Source of the DNA: an uncultured Bacillales bacterium
GTDB taxonomy: Bacteria > Bacillota_I > Bacilli_A > RFN20 > CAG-826
DNA length: 64,000 bases
Direction: 5' to 3'
Assembly: GCA_946403545.1 (NCBI GenBank)
Contig: CAMJAG010000001.1
Coordinates: 872 to 64,871, forward strand
Positions within the stretch are counted from its first letter, which is position 1. Each line of letters opens with the position of its first letter. The notes under the pieces were generated by a model. That model searched no databases. It saw only the letters and a program-made list of their open reading frames with translations, and was not told the origin of the DNA. The position numbers and the translations under genes are program-made. Below are positions 18,355-27,902 of this stretch, one piece after another.

Positions 18355-21300
18355 TTACACGGATAATGTAGCAGTTAAAACTGTGTTAGCTGCGACATAA
18401 GCTGCGAGGTCACCAGTACATGAATTGACTGTCATTGTAAGTGTGTTACCACTACCTGGAGCCAATGTCATTTTAATAACACTTGCTGCGGATTGTAGTT
18501 TTGGAACATTAACTGTAACTTCGTTATTGAAGACGTTGTATGAACATTTAACTTCGCCACCTAATGCTGCGCATGAGAGATAGCAAGCACCGAGTTCATC
18601 AAATCTGATAGAAGCATCAACTGTACCACCAGCAATCTTACCATTGAAAGTTAAGCCTTTATATGGAGTGATTGCGGAGTAGATATTGTTGTCTTCGTTT
18701 AAGAACATCATGTCATCAACATAGAAGTATTCAGCTGAACCAGCACCACTCTTTGTTTGCGGAACGAATCCAACACCATAGTATGTCTTAGATGGGTCTA
18801 ATGTAACTGTAGCTCTTACCCAACCACTGTTTGCCTTAACAGTAATGTCGCTAGAGACACGTGCTGAACCGACGTTAGAGGATGTAATTGTTTGAGCTGT
18901 ATAGACTTGAGTTCTAAGAACCATATCATAATTTGTTGGGTTCTTAACATAGAATGAGAAGACGTTTGCTTTTGTATGAGCTTGAGCTGTTCCTTTAAAT
19001 AAGCCCCAAGTCATATATCTCATAGCGTTACTCTTGTTCCATTTGAGTTTGAGAGAGTTATTACCGCTATGGACATTTGCTGAACCTGTTTCAAGTGATA
19101 ATTGATCACCATTACCACCCATTAATGACCAGCCGTTGCCACCGATTGGGGAACCGCTACCACCTGAGTAGTAATCACAGTAATAAGCACCACGAGCACC
19201 AGAGATATTGGATTCATCTTTATTGCTTTGATAGTACATCTTACCACTTTCAGTATATGTTTCAGCGTTATCTAAGATATCAACCATTGTCATGTTAACG
19301 TTAGCTAAGATGTTAGAAATTGTACCTGTAGCGCTAACGTAAGTTAATGTCTTACCATCAGTGCTTAAGTTAGCAACGTATTTACCTGATGTAGCGAAAT
19401 CAAATGTAATCTTGTTACCAGAATAGCTATATGTACCTGCCACATCTTCCATTGAAGCTTGAGCAAAGTCGAATAAGCACTTGTTGTCTTTTTTGATTTC
19501 AATTGTTGCTGGGCATAAATTCATTGCTTTACCCATGAACATTTGACCAACTTCCACTAATTTGTCTGGTTCTGGTGGAACGAAGACTGCGTATGGATTT
19601 GCACCATAGACTTCAACGTCATCGATGTATAACCATGCTTCGTTTGCAGATAAGCTTGTGTTCTTTTCTGTGAAGATCATGTAGCCATAGTAAACGAGGT
19701 TTGGATTAAGATCGATTTCGAAATGTTTCCATTGACCGATAGCTGCTGTTTGTTCGAATGTTTGTGCTCTAACTTGTTGATCTCTTGTGCCGTTTGTTGG
19801 AGCACTTTGAGAATACATAGAGACTTTGAATGATTTAACTAAACCGTTTGTCTTAGCCCAGAAGGAGAGCTTGTTACCACGGAATGCTTGTTTTTCTGCT
19901 GTGCCATCGAATAAGCCCCATTGCATATATCTGAATGCGACTGATTTAGAGTGTTTTAAGCAAAGATAGTTGTTACCAGAGTGAGCGCCAGCTTTATCTT
20001 GTTTTAATTTAAGTTGTGAGCCATCGCCACCTAAGAGTGACCAACCACTTCCGCCCCAATCAGATGAAGCTGTTCCACCTGCGTAGTATTCGGAGTAGTA
20101 AGCACCACGGCAACCACTTCTATTGTTTTTATCTTTGTTGGATTGATAATATGCAGTGCCATCTTTATCGTAACTTTCGAAGTTATCAACGACTTGAACT
20201 GCATCAAGATCCATTTGACCAACTTCTTGTGCTAATTGACCTTCAGCACTGACGAATGTAACTTTTTGACCACCATTAGTGAAGTTACCAACGTATTTGA
20301 GTGTTGCGCCATTATCACTAGATGTGAATACTAATGAATCGTTATTAGCAACGACTTTACCAGGAACTTCGACTGGATCTTCTAAGTCAACAACCTTAGC
20401 TGTTGCAGCACCGTTAGCACCGATTTCGATTCTAACGATGTTACCAGTGGCTAACTTACCTGTGTAAACATTAGCAGCTTTATTAACTGTTGTTGTTTCT
20501 GCTCTTGCTTCTTTTAATGTAACGAAGCTGACAGAATCACAGAATGAAGCACATGGTTGACCACTTGTCTTATCGTCACCTTGTAAATAGAATTCGATTC
20601 TTGTTAAGTAGTTAACGATGTCATCTTGGTGAATACCTGTCCAACCAGCAACTGCTTTAATGGACTTGCCTGCTTCACCCCATAATGCCCAACCATCATC
20701 ATCTAGTGGAATTGTGTATTCTGCATATTCACTAGTTGTTGGTTTGAGTGTGTAAGTGAATGAAGGAGCTTGTAATTTACCTTCGATTTCAACTGAAGCG
20801 TGTAATAGGACTTTAACTGTCATGAAGCTTGGAGTCATGAGTCTGAATCTTAAAGCATTAACAGCGTTAGGGAATTCGCCACCATTGAAACGTTTAGCGA
20901 ACTTATAGCCAACGTTGTTTCCCCAAGAGTCAAATCTTAATGCCTTTTGGCCTTCAACTGACTTAACGCCTAATGAAACTGCTGCTTTAGTATCTTCTGT
21001 CCAGCCACCTTCATTCTTGTAGCCAAGTGCTACCCAACCAGCGTCTGTCATAGATGGAGAGTCAGCATAGTTTTCAAAGTCATCAACTACTACTAAGTCA
21101 TCATATGTAGTAAAGACTGCGTTGAATTGTGTGTCTGCTGTGATAGGAGTTTTAATATCTCTATCCCATTTTTTGAATCTGTAGAACTTAGATTCTTTAT
21201 CGCCTCTTCTTGTAGGTGTTTCACCTTCATAAACAGCGCATTGACCTTCTTCAACTTGGCTGATTTGAACTGGTAAACCATTGACTACGAATTGTACGAT

Positions 21301-21543
21301 GTATTTTTGCTTAGCTGGAGTATAAGATGGAGTTTCTTTACTCGATGAGGAAGTATTTCCGCCACCTTGTGAACTTGATGTTCCACCTTGAGAGCTAGAA
21401 CCACCTTGTTCTCTAGATGTTGGTTTTGGTCCCCAACCTTCGCCTGGATCAACACTAGGATTTAAAATTCCGTGACATGCGCCAAGCATTAATGCAGTTG
21501 CAAAAACGACCGGTAAAAAAGCGAATTTTCTCTTATTTCTCAT
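18355..21543 (-). CDS. Giant surface lipoprotein with three repeated (small beta domain + CBM4/9-like) units
   Basis: The likely start is the MRNKRKFAFLPVVFATALMLGAC lipobox methionine; the ORF extends to 21570. The Gly/Ser-rich linker and three internal repeats open with DDFENY, DNFESYDKDG and DNAETYTESG (about 21099-20600, 20199-19602 and 19284-18699). Confidence 0.6.
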   Translation of the reverse strand: MRNKRKFAFLPVVFATALMLGACHGILNPSVDPGEGWGPKPTSREQGGSSSQGGTSSSQGGGNTSSSSKETPSYTPAKQKYIVQFVVNGLPVQISQVEEGQCAVYEGETPTRRGDKESKFYRFKKWDRDIKTPITADTQFNAVFTTYDDLVVVDDFENYADSPSMTDAGWVALGYKNEGGWTEDTKAAVSLGVKSVEGQKALRFDSWGNNVGYKFAKRFNGGEFPNAVNALRFRLMTPSFMTVKVLLHASVEIEGKLQAPSFTYTLKPTTSEYAEYTIPLDDDGWALWGEAGKSIKAVAGWTGIHQDDIVNYLTRIEFYLQGDDKTSGQPCASFCDSVSFVTLKEARAETTTVNKAANVYTGKLATGNIVRIEIGANGAATAKVVDLEDPVEVPGKVVANNDSLVFTSSDNGATLKYVGNFTNGGQKVTFVSAEGQLAQEVGQMDLDAVQVVDNFESYDKDGTAYYQSNKDKNNRSGCRGAYYSEYYAGGTASSDWGGSGWSLLGGDGSQLKLKQDKAGAHSGNNYLCLKHSKSVAFRYMQWGLFDGTAEKQAFRGNKLSFWAKTNGLVKSFKVSMYSQSAPTNGTRDQQVRAQTFEQTAAIGQWKHFEIDLNPNLVYYGYMIFTEKNTSLSANEAWLYIDDVEVYGANPYAVFVPPEPDKLVEVGQMFMGKAMNLCPATIEIKKDNKCLFDFAQASMEDVAGTYSYSGNKITFDFATSGKYVANLSTDGKTLTYVSATGTISNILANVNMTMVDILDNAETYTESGKMYYQSNKDESNISGARGAYYCDYYSGGSGSPIGGNGWSLMGGNGDQLSLETGSANVHSGNNSLKLKWNKSNAMRYMTWGLFKGTAQAHTKANVFSFYVKNPTNYDMVLRTQVYTAQTITSSNVGSARVSSDITVKANSGWVRATVTLDPSKTYYGVGFVPQTKSGAGSAEYFYVDDMMFLNEDNNIYSAITPYKGLTFNGKIAGGTVDASIRFDELGACYLSCAALGGEVKCSYNVFNNEVTVNVPKLQSAASVIKMTLAPGSGNTLTMTVNSCTGDLAAYVAANTVLTATLSV

Positions 21544-21848
21544 AAGAATTCCTTTCCTTGCATTATGCAATATGTAGAAAGAGTTGGACTCTTTAACGGA
21601 TTTATTATAGCCCGGAAATTAGTATATTTTATATATTAATTTAATAAACTTTACTAAAATTTTGTAAACATTTTAAAAAGTTTACGAAAACACTATTAAG
21701 TATATTCAAATATTTTTAATTTTAAATTTAGCGTGCGTTACGCGCAAAATTATTATTTATATATAAGGAATAAGAGTAGAGAATTTCAAAAATATTTGTT
21801 TACTAATTTTTATAAATGTTTACCAAAATAATGGTTTACAATATAAAC

Positions 21849-22763
21849 ATGAAAAAGTTTATTAAATATTTACTATTATCCCCGATGATGTTTTCAGTTA
21901 TCGGATGTGGAAATCAAACAAAATCAGAGGAAAAATCTATGGAACCAAAACCTGTTGATGTAGTAGTTATCTCTGGTCAATCTAACGCAGTAGGATGCAC
22001 GCACGCTAAATGTATTACAAGAAGTATAGGTGCTGAAGCTTACTCAACATATATGACTGGTTATAACGACATTAAGATTGCATATGATTGTTGGACGAAA
22101 GATGAAGGTCCAAGATTTTATTCTCAAAACAAATCTAAAGATGAAACATTTGTGAAAGTCATGTTAGGACAAGGAAATGGCCTTGGAACATTCGGTCCTG
22201 AAATTGGTATTGCAGAAGCATTACATGAAAAATACGCTGATAGATTGTTCTTAATAAAATATGCTTGTGGCGCTTCTAATCTAAAAGATGACTGGGCACA
22301 AAAGAATTCACCAATGTATCCTAGATTAATCGAATATGTTAAAAAACAAATGCAAAACTTAGTAAGTATGGGATATGTTCCTACTATTAAAGCATTCTGT
22401 TGGATGCAAGGTGAAGGTGATTCTTGGGATGGATATTATCAAGAATATAAAGATAATTTAAGTGGCTTTGCCGCTAATATTCGTGAAGATCTTAAAGAAT
22501 TATCAGGTAACAAAGATGTTCCATTTATCGATGCTGGTATTTCTAATTCAAAAGATTGGCAATACTATAGACAAGTAAATAACGCTAAACAAGAGTTTGC
22601 AGCAGAAAGCGAAAACAATATCTACATTGATACTATTGCTGCAGGAATGCACACTAACGTAGAACCATTTGACACTCCTGATACATGTCACTACGATACA
22701 GAAAGTGAAGTATTATTAGGTCACTTGTTCGCAGATGCATTCGAACCATTCTTAGCAAAGTAA
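21849..22763 (+). CDS. SASA/DUF303-type carbohydrate esterase lipoprotein (sialate-O-acetylesterase-like fold)
   Basis: Lipobox SVIGCGN and the SGQSNAVG catalytic serine motif. The ORF track starts at 21816, but the signal peptide begins at the internal Met. Confidence 0.65.
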   Translation: MKKFIKYLLLSPMMFSVIGCGNQTKSEEKSMEPKPVDVVVISGQSNAVGCTHAKCITRSIGAEAYSTYMTGYNDIKIAYDCWTKDEGPRFYSQNKSKDETFVKVMLGQGNGLGTFGPEIGIAEALHEKYADRLFLIKYACGASNLKDDWAQKNSPMYPRLIEYVKKQMQNLVSMGYVPTIKAFCWMQGEGDSWDGYYQEYKDNLSGFAANIREDLKELSGNKDVPFIDAGISNSKDWQYYRQVNNAKQEFAAESENNIYIDTIAAGMHTNVEPFDTPDTCHYDTESEVLLGHLFADAFEPFLAK

Positions 22764-22770
22764 AAGAGGA

Positions 22771-23766
22771 TTAATCCTCTTTTTCTTTATCCATAATTTG
22801 ATTAATTACTTCAATTAATTCTTTTGCCATTATGTCATGTTTATCTACATAAGCATGATTGGATATTGCCGTATTGTCTCCATCAAATTTATGGATAAAT
22901 AGGTTTTTATATAATGGTTTTAGATATTCATATGTTGCCTCTATCATTGGGTAAACATCTTTTTCTTTTAAAGTGCCATACACCATTAAGATTTTTAGAT
23001 CAGGATTTTTGGATAGCTCACTATCGATAAGTTCCTTATAAGTCTTCTTAAAGATGTTTACACGATTTAAAGAGTCTTTAACTGCAACATATGAATAGTC
23101 GTTAGTGCCTAGGCTAACGATGAGTAGGTCTGCTTTTTTATCATCAACATAGTTGATATCAGAGCAAACTTTTACTTTATCTTTATAATTTATAATTCCT
23201 ATTTCTTTTGGATTTGTGTAATCAGAGAACACTAATCCCCATCCACTAGCGGAGAATATGTCATAGTCATAACCAAGTTCATATAATCCATGAAAGCAAA
23301 AATCTCTTATAGAATCGTTGACATGAATACTTGCGTCACCATCATGTGCTAAGATACCAAATCCTGCGATTGTGGAATCTCCATAAACTTTAACTTTGTA
23401 TTTATGGTTGAAGTCGTAATCTAATATCTCTCCATCAATATCTAGAGAAGAAATAACAAGAGCATTATCATTAGCTTCATTTGCTTTAAAAATATCTACA
23501 AAGTGTTCCTTATTATCATTAAAAGAATAATTAAATATAGGGTTTTTAACGAGGATTTTGGTTTTCTTGTCATAGTTTTTATCTAAGATTAAATAAATGT
23601 ATCCAGGAGCAGGAACTAGTTCTAATTTAATAGAAAAACTATTTCCTTTCATTTTGAAAGAAAGACCTGAGCCTCCGTTATAAAAGGTATAACTTCCATC
23701 ATTGATGGAATATCTACCAAATAATTTAAGTTTATTTAAACTATTGAGCATAGTTAGATTATACAC
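22771..23766 (-). CDS. CE2-like esterase (N-terminal beta-sandwich plus C-terminal SGNH hydrolase)
   Basis: GDS block (KVYGDSTIAGFG) and LGTNDY block III; the two-domain layout resembles CE2 acetyl-xylan/glucomannan esterases. Confidence 0.6.
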   Translation of the reverse strand: MYNLTMLNSLNKLKLFGRYSINDGSYTFYNGGSGLSFKMKGNSFSIKLELVPAPGYIYLILDKNYDKKTKILVKNPIFNYSFNDNKEHFVDIFKANEANDNALVISSLDIDGEILDYDFNHKYKVKVYGDSTIAGFGILAHDGDASIHVNDSIRDFCFHGLYELGYDYDIFSASGWGLVFSDYTNPKEIGIINYKDKVKVCSDINYVDDKKADLLIVSLGTNDYSYVAVKDSLNRVNIFKKTYKELIDSELSKNPDLKILMVYGTLKEKDVYPMIEATYEYLKPLYKNLFIHKFDGDNTAISNHAYVDKHDIMAKELIEVINQIMDKEKED

Positions 23767-25179
23767 TTATCTAAACATATGAGGATATCTTTCTAACATG
23801 TAATCCATGTCTTTATCCCCTCTACCACTTAAGTTAACTAAAATAGATCCACTCTTCATGTTTCTAGCACATTTAATTGCGTATGCCAAAGCATGACTTG
23901 ATTCAATAGCAGGAATAATACCTTCTAATCTAGATAGTAAGAAGAATGCTTCTGCGGCTTCATCATCAGTAATTGATTCGTATTTAACTCTACCAATTTC
24001 CTTTAGGAAAGCATGTTCCGGACCGACACCAGGATAATCAAGACCACTAGCAATACTATAAGCATCTCCAGCGGATCCATCAGGGTTTTGCAATACTAAT
24101 GAATTAAATCCATGTAAAACCATTTCTTTTCCAAGTGTCATAGTAGCACTGTTTTTACCTGGTTCTTTTCCTGTTCCCATAGCTTCAACGCCTACAATGT
24201 TAACCGGTTCTTCTAAGAAAGCTTCAAACATTCCAATAGCGTTACTACCACCACCAACGCATGCTGTTACGATATCAGGAAGTTCGCCCGTCATATCTAA
24301 AAATTGTTGTTTTGCTTCTCTACCGATGACTTCTTGGAAGTCTCTAACCATTAATGGATATGGATGAGGACCAACTGCACTACCAATCACATAGAAAGCG
24401 TTTTTATATTCTTTCATGTATGCTTCAAAAGCAGCATCAACTGCTTCTTTAAGTGTTCTTGTTCCAAACTTAACAGGAATAACATTAGCTCCTAAAACTT
24501 TAATTCTTGCAACATTTGGTGCTTGTTTTTCCATATCTACTTCACCCATATAAATGTCACATTCTAAACCAAAGTATGCTGCCGCCATTGCAACTGCAGA
24601 ACCATGACTTCCTGCGCCTGTTTCTGCGATAAGCTTTTTCTTACCTAAATACTTAGCAAGTAAAGCTTGACCCATTGCGTTATTAAGCTTATGAGCACCA
24701 CCATGGTTTAAATCCTCTCTCTTTAAATAGATTTGAACTCTACCTAAATAGTTAGATAAATTTTGGCAATGATAAATAGGAGTAGGTCTTCCTTGGTAGT
24801 TCTTTCTTATTTCTCTGAGTTCTGCGATAAACTTGCTAGATTTAGCAATTGTCTGATATCCATAATAGATTTCATCCATTGCCTTTTGTAAGTTTTTAGG
24901 TACGAAACTGCCTCCATAACGTCCAAAATATCCATCATCGGTTGGATACTTCTTTCTATAGTTTTTAAAATCAAATTCGATTCCTTTTAAAGGAGAATCT
25001 TCAAATAATCTTTGTCCTTTAACTCTTCTATCTAAAGGTTTATTTGCATTCTCAGGTATTAAATACCTATGTCCTTCTAAGATTGCTCCTTCAATGCGTC
25101 CTTCTTTGAGTAACGCTCTTACTCTTCTTTCATTAATGCCGAACTTTTCAGCGGCTTCTGTTACGGATATATATTTCAT
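23767..25179 (-). CDS. Excisionase-type HTH domain fused to a tryptophan synthase beta-chain-like PLP enzyme
   Basis: N-terminal [29 protein letters not shown] is an HTH_17/excisionase-type helix. The remainder has TrpB motifs GGAHKLNN (PLP lysine), [11 protein letters not shown] and [11 protein letters not shown]. Confidence 0.8.
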   Translation of the reverse strand: MKYISVTEAAEKFGINERRVRALLKEGRIEGAILEGHRYLIPENANKPLDRRVKGQRLFEDSPLKGIEFDFKNYRKKYPTDDGYFGRYGGSFVPKNLQKAMDEIYYGYQTIAKSSKFIAELREIRKNYQGRPTPIYHCQNLSNYLGRVQIYLKREDLNHGGAHKLNNAMGQALLAKYLGKKKLIAETGAGSHGSAVAMAAAYFGLECDIYMGEVDMEKQAPNVARIKVLGANVIPVKFGTRTLKEAVDAAFEAYMKEYKNAFYVIGSAVGPHPYPLMVRDFQEVIGREAKQQFLDMTGELPDIVTACVGGGSNAIGMFEAFLEEPVNIVGVEAMGTGKEPGKNSATMTLGKEMVLHGFNSLVLQNPDGSAGDAYSIASGLDYPGVGPEHAFLKEIGRVKYESITDDEAAEAFFLLSRLEGIIPAIESSHALAYAIKCARNMKSGSILVNLSGRGDKDMDYMLERYPHMFR

Positions 25180-25227
25180 ACCTTTTACTTCCTTTCGGTA
25201 TATTAGTCCTACCTATTATATAAAATA

Positions 25228-25258
25228 TGAAATATAAAGAAAAGAAAAACCCTTCCGG
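25228..25258 (-). terminator. Rho-independent terminator downstream of the alpha/beta hydrolase gene
   Basis: AACCCggaaGGGTT hairpin followed by a T-run on the minus strand. Confidence 0.5.
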
Positions 25259-25259
25259 G

Positions 25260-26192
25260 TTATTTCGTTTTAATGAATTCGTCTATTTGATCGAATATCT
25301 TTTCGTCCTGTTCCACTAGTCTGTCTAGTGATACATCTTTGAAGTAATCGATTCTTTGTTGTTTAGTTATAATCTTTTTCTTCTTAAGAAGATAATTATA
25401 TGTTCCAAAGACTTCATCCATATATTTAGTAGCAGCGTCAGTGTAGTTCGGATTATGTTTTCGACCCGTAACTTTCAAGCATGTAATATTTGGATTATTT
25501 AACTCTTCAACCTTTTCAAAAGAAGTAGAAATAGGCACCATTACATCATTATCTGAGTGGATAAAGAATAGCTTTTTGCTGGTGTTTTTGAGGAATTCTA
25601 AATTGTTTAAATCATAATATTCAGGAATTGTTTTCTTTTCATATTTAAGAATTCTACGAACAAAGAAGTTCTTCTTAAGCAAAGCTTTGATTTCTATCGG
25701 AATAGATAAAAAGCCAGATAAGATAACCGCTTGATCAATATCGTCTCTAATATGAATTAAGTTAAGAGCGGTATAGGCACCCATAGAATGTCCCACTAAC
25801 ACTATTGGTTGTTTAATCTTCAAAAGATCTAATAATTCCATAGTGTCTTTAGTAGGCATATTAACGCTTTCTAATCTTTCACCACCAGAATAATCACAAC
25901 CTGTATAGTCTAAAGTTAAGACTTTATATCCTCTTTTTGCCATTTGTTCTATTTCTGCTAGGTAGCAGCAATGTCCAGGTCCTAATCCATGTAAAAAGAG
26001 AATTAGTTTATCTTGGTTGTAGTTTTCATAGTAATAGTAAAAATAGCGGATATCCACTCCTCTTGAGTTGATGAAATGATATTCCTCTTGTTTCAGACCT
26101 TTAAAGTCGAAATGACTATGATAAGGAACCCCTATTTCTCTATCATAGCGGCATACAAATTTATTTCTATAAAGTGTAGATATTAATCCCAT
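25260..26192 (-). CDS. Alpha/beta-fold hydrolase
   Basis: GHSMG nucleophile elbow; 310 aa. Confidence 0.7.
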   Translation of the reverse strand: MGLISTLYRNKFVCRYDREIGVPYHSHFDFKGLKQEEYHFINSRGVDIRYFYYYYENYNQDKLILFLHGLGPGHCCYLAEIEQMAKRGYKVLTLDYTGCDYSGGERLESVNMPTKDTMELLDLLKIKQPIVLVGHSMGAYTALNLIHIRDDIDQAVILSGFLSIPIEIKALLKKNFFVRRILKYEKKTIPEYYDLNNLEFLKNTSKKLFFIHSDNDVMVPISTSFEKVEELNNPNITCLKVTGRKHNPNYTDAATKYMDEVFGTYNYLLKKKKIITKQQRIDYFKDVSLDRLVEQDEKIFDQIDEFIKTK

Positions 26193-26212
26193 ATTTGAAA
26201 TAATAACATCTA

Positions 26213-27805
26213 TTAGAATAAAGCCGAAATAATTTTAAACAATCCACAGATACTGCGTGGAATAAGTCTTAGTTTAAAGTTCTTATCAACCTTCTTAGAA
26301 ACACTAATCATTTCTTTGAAGTCATCACTGATTTGACTCATACACTTTACTTTGTAAAGAATTGTTCCACATTCAAAGTGATGGACAAGACTTCTAAAGT
26401 CAAAGTTAATAGTACCAACGAATGCTAATTCACCATCAGCAATTGCAGATTTCATATGGTTAAATCCAGGAGTGTATAAATAGATATTAACTCCAGCATC
26501 TAATAAATATCTGAAATTAGACTTTGCCAATAAATAAGCAAGTTTCTTATCTGGAATTCCTGGAACAATAAGATTTACTTCAACACCCCTTAAAGCAGCG
26601 TTCCGCAAAGCATCTATGAGTCCATATGTAGGAATTAGATAAGGAGTAGAAATATCCACTCTCTTCTTTGCGTAGTTAAGAATATTGATGTAATTTTGTT
26701 CACCAATAAGAGCGCTATCGATATCACCTGGAGAATCTCCAAATGGCATAACGAATCCATCATCATCGAATTCTTCATATTTGTGATTGAGATATTTATC
26801 AAAGTCAGTAGCTTTACCACTAGCTAACGAATAGTTCTCTAAGAAGATAGAAATTAAGTTATCAATTCCACTACCTTCGATTCTAACCATAGTGTCTTTC
26901 CAATAACCAAATCTCTTAATTTCATTAGCGTATTCATCTGCTAAGTTCATTCCGCCTGTATAACCAAATTGATGGTCAATAACCACTATCTTTCTGTGAT
27001 CTCTGTTATTGTACATACCTGAAAGAATAGGTCTAAATGGATGGAATTTGTAACATTTTATGCCATATTTACCAAGGATTTTAGGTGTTTTTGATGAGAT
27101 TGTGCCACCACAACCCATATCGTCATAAACGATTCTAATTTCAACACCTTCCTTAGCTTTATTAATTAATTCTTCTTTGATTAGGTTCCACCACTTACCA
27201 TCTGTAATGATGAAGAATTCCATAAAGATAAATTCTTTTGCTTTCTTAATGTCTTCATACATAGCAGGGAAAAATTCTTCACCTGACTTATAATAAGTAA
27301 CTCTATTATTAGTATGAACACTCAAGTTTGTAGTGTTTTTTAAATATCTAAAAGCACCTACGGATTGTTGTAAATCTTTTGAGATTTGTTTTTCTTCTTT
27401 TTTACTCTTTTCAAAATGAGGAGTAATTGCGTCTAAATATGCTTTAACAATTCTTTTATCTTTCTTTCTAAGACCATGATTACCAAAGATAAGGAACACT
27501 ATTGAGGTGAATAATGGAAGTAAGAGCATTCCAATAATCCAAGGAATCTTAAATTCTGGATCTTCTGCTTTATTAACAATTCTAAAGAAGATGAAGAACG
27601 CTATGAAGAAAATAATTAATCTACATAGTAAATAAACTAGGATAATTATTAATGCTGTATCTACACTTGGATTTGTTTTATCAATAATAAATAGAATGAT
27701 ATCATCTAAATAGAACTGCAAAACAATGAGTGCTGCAAACTCTATTAGTAGAATAAAAATAACTAACAAATAACCTGAAAGCAGGTTTCTAAAAAACTTT
27801 TTCAT
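26213..27805 (-). CDS. cls: Cardiolipin synthase (PLD superfamily)
   Basis: N-terminal TM helices and two HKD motifs (HRKIVVIDH and HMKSAIADG). Confidence 0.85.
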   Translation of the reverse strand: MKKFFRNLLSGYLLVIFILLIEFAALIVLQFYLDDIILFIIDKTNPSVDTALIIILVYLLCRLIIFFIAFFIFFRIVNKAEDPEFKIPWIIGMLLLPLFTSIVFLIFGNHGLRKKDKRIVKAYLDAITPHFEKSKKEEKQISKDLQQSVGAFRYLKNTTNLSVHTNNRVTYYKSGEEFFPAMYEDIKKAKEFIFMEFFIITDGKWWNLIKEELINKAKEGVEIRIVYDDMGCGGTISSKTPKILGKYGIKCYKFHPFRPILSGMYNNRDHRKIVVIDHQFGYTGGMNLADEYANEIKRFGYWKDTMVRIEGSGIDNLISIFLENYSLASGKATDFDKYLNHKYEEFDDDGFVMPFGDSPGDIDSALIGEQNYINILNYAKKRVDISTPYLIPTYGLIDALRNAALRGVEVNLIVPGIPDKKLAYLLAKSNFRYLLDAGVNIYLYTPGFNHMKSAIADGELAFVGTINFDFRSLVHHFECGTILYKVKCMSQISDDFKEMISVSKKVDKNFKLRLIPRSICGLFKIISALF

Positions 27806-27860
27806 ATTAATTCACCTTCATAGTTATTTTAGCATGTGTTTATTTATAAACAAAAAGAAA

Positions 27861-27895
27861 AAATACCCCCACCACTGAGGTAGGGGTATCTAAGA
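27861..27895 (-). terminator. Rho-independent terminator downstream of the flotillin gene
   Basis: ATACCCC...GGGGTAT stem followed on the minus strand by TTTTTTCTTTTT. Confidence 0.5.
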
Positions 27896-27902
27896 TAATC
27901 AA

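Noticed and set aside
1663-20467. Numerous 60-100-aa ORFs nested in or antisense to large genes (for example 1663..1845, 3129..3338, 9528..9737, 15460..15870, 19077..19298, 20016..20252, 20279..20467)
   Set aside because: They are entirely contained within longer, well-supported CDSs with recognisable domains, and have no independent start context or conservation logic. Treated as frame artefacts of AT-rich sequence.
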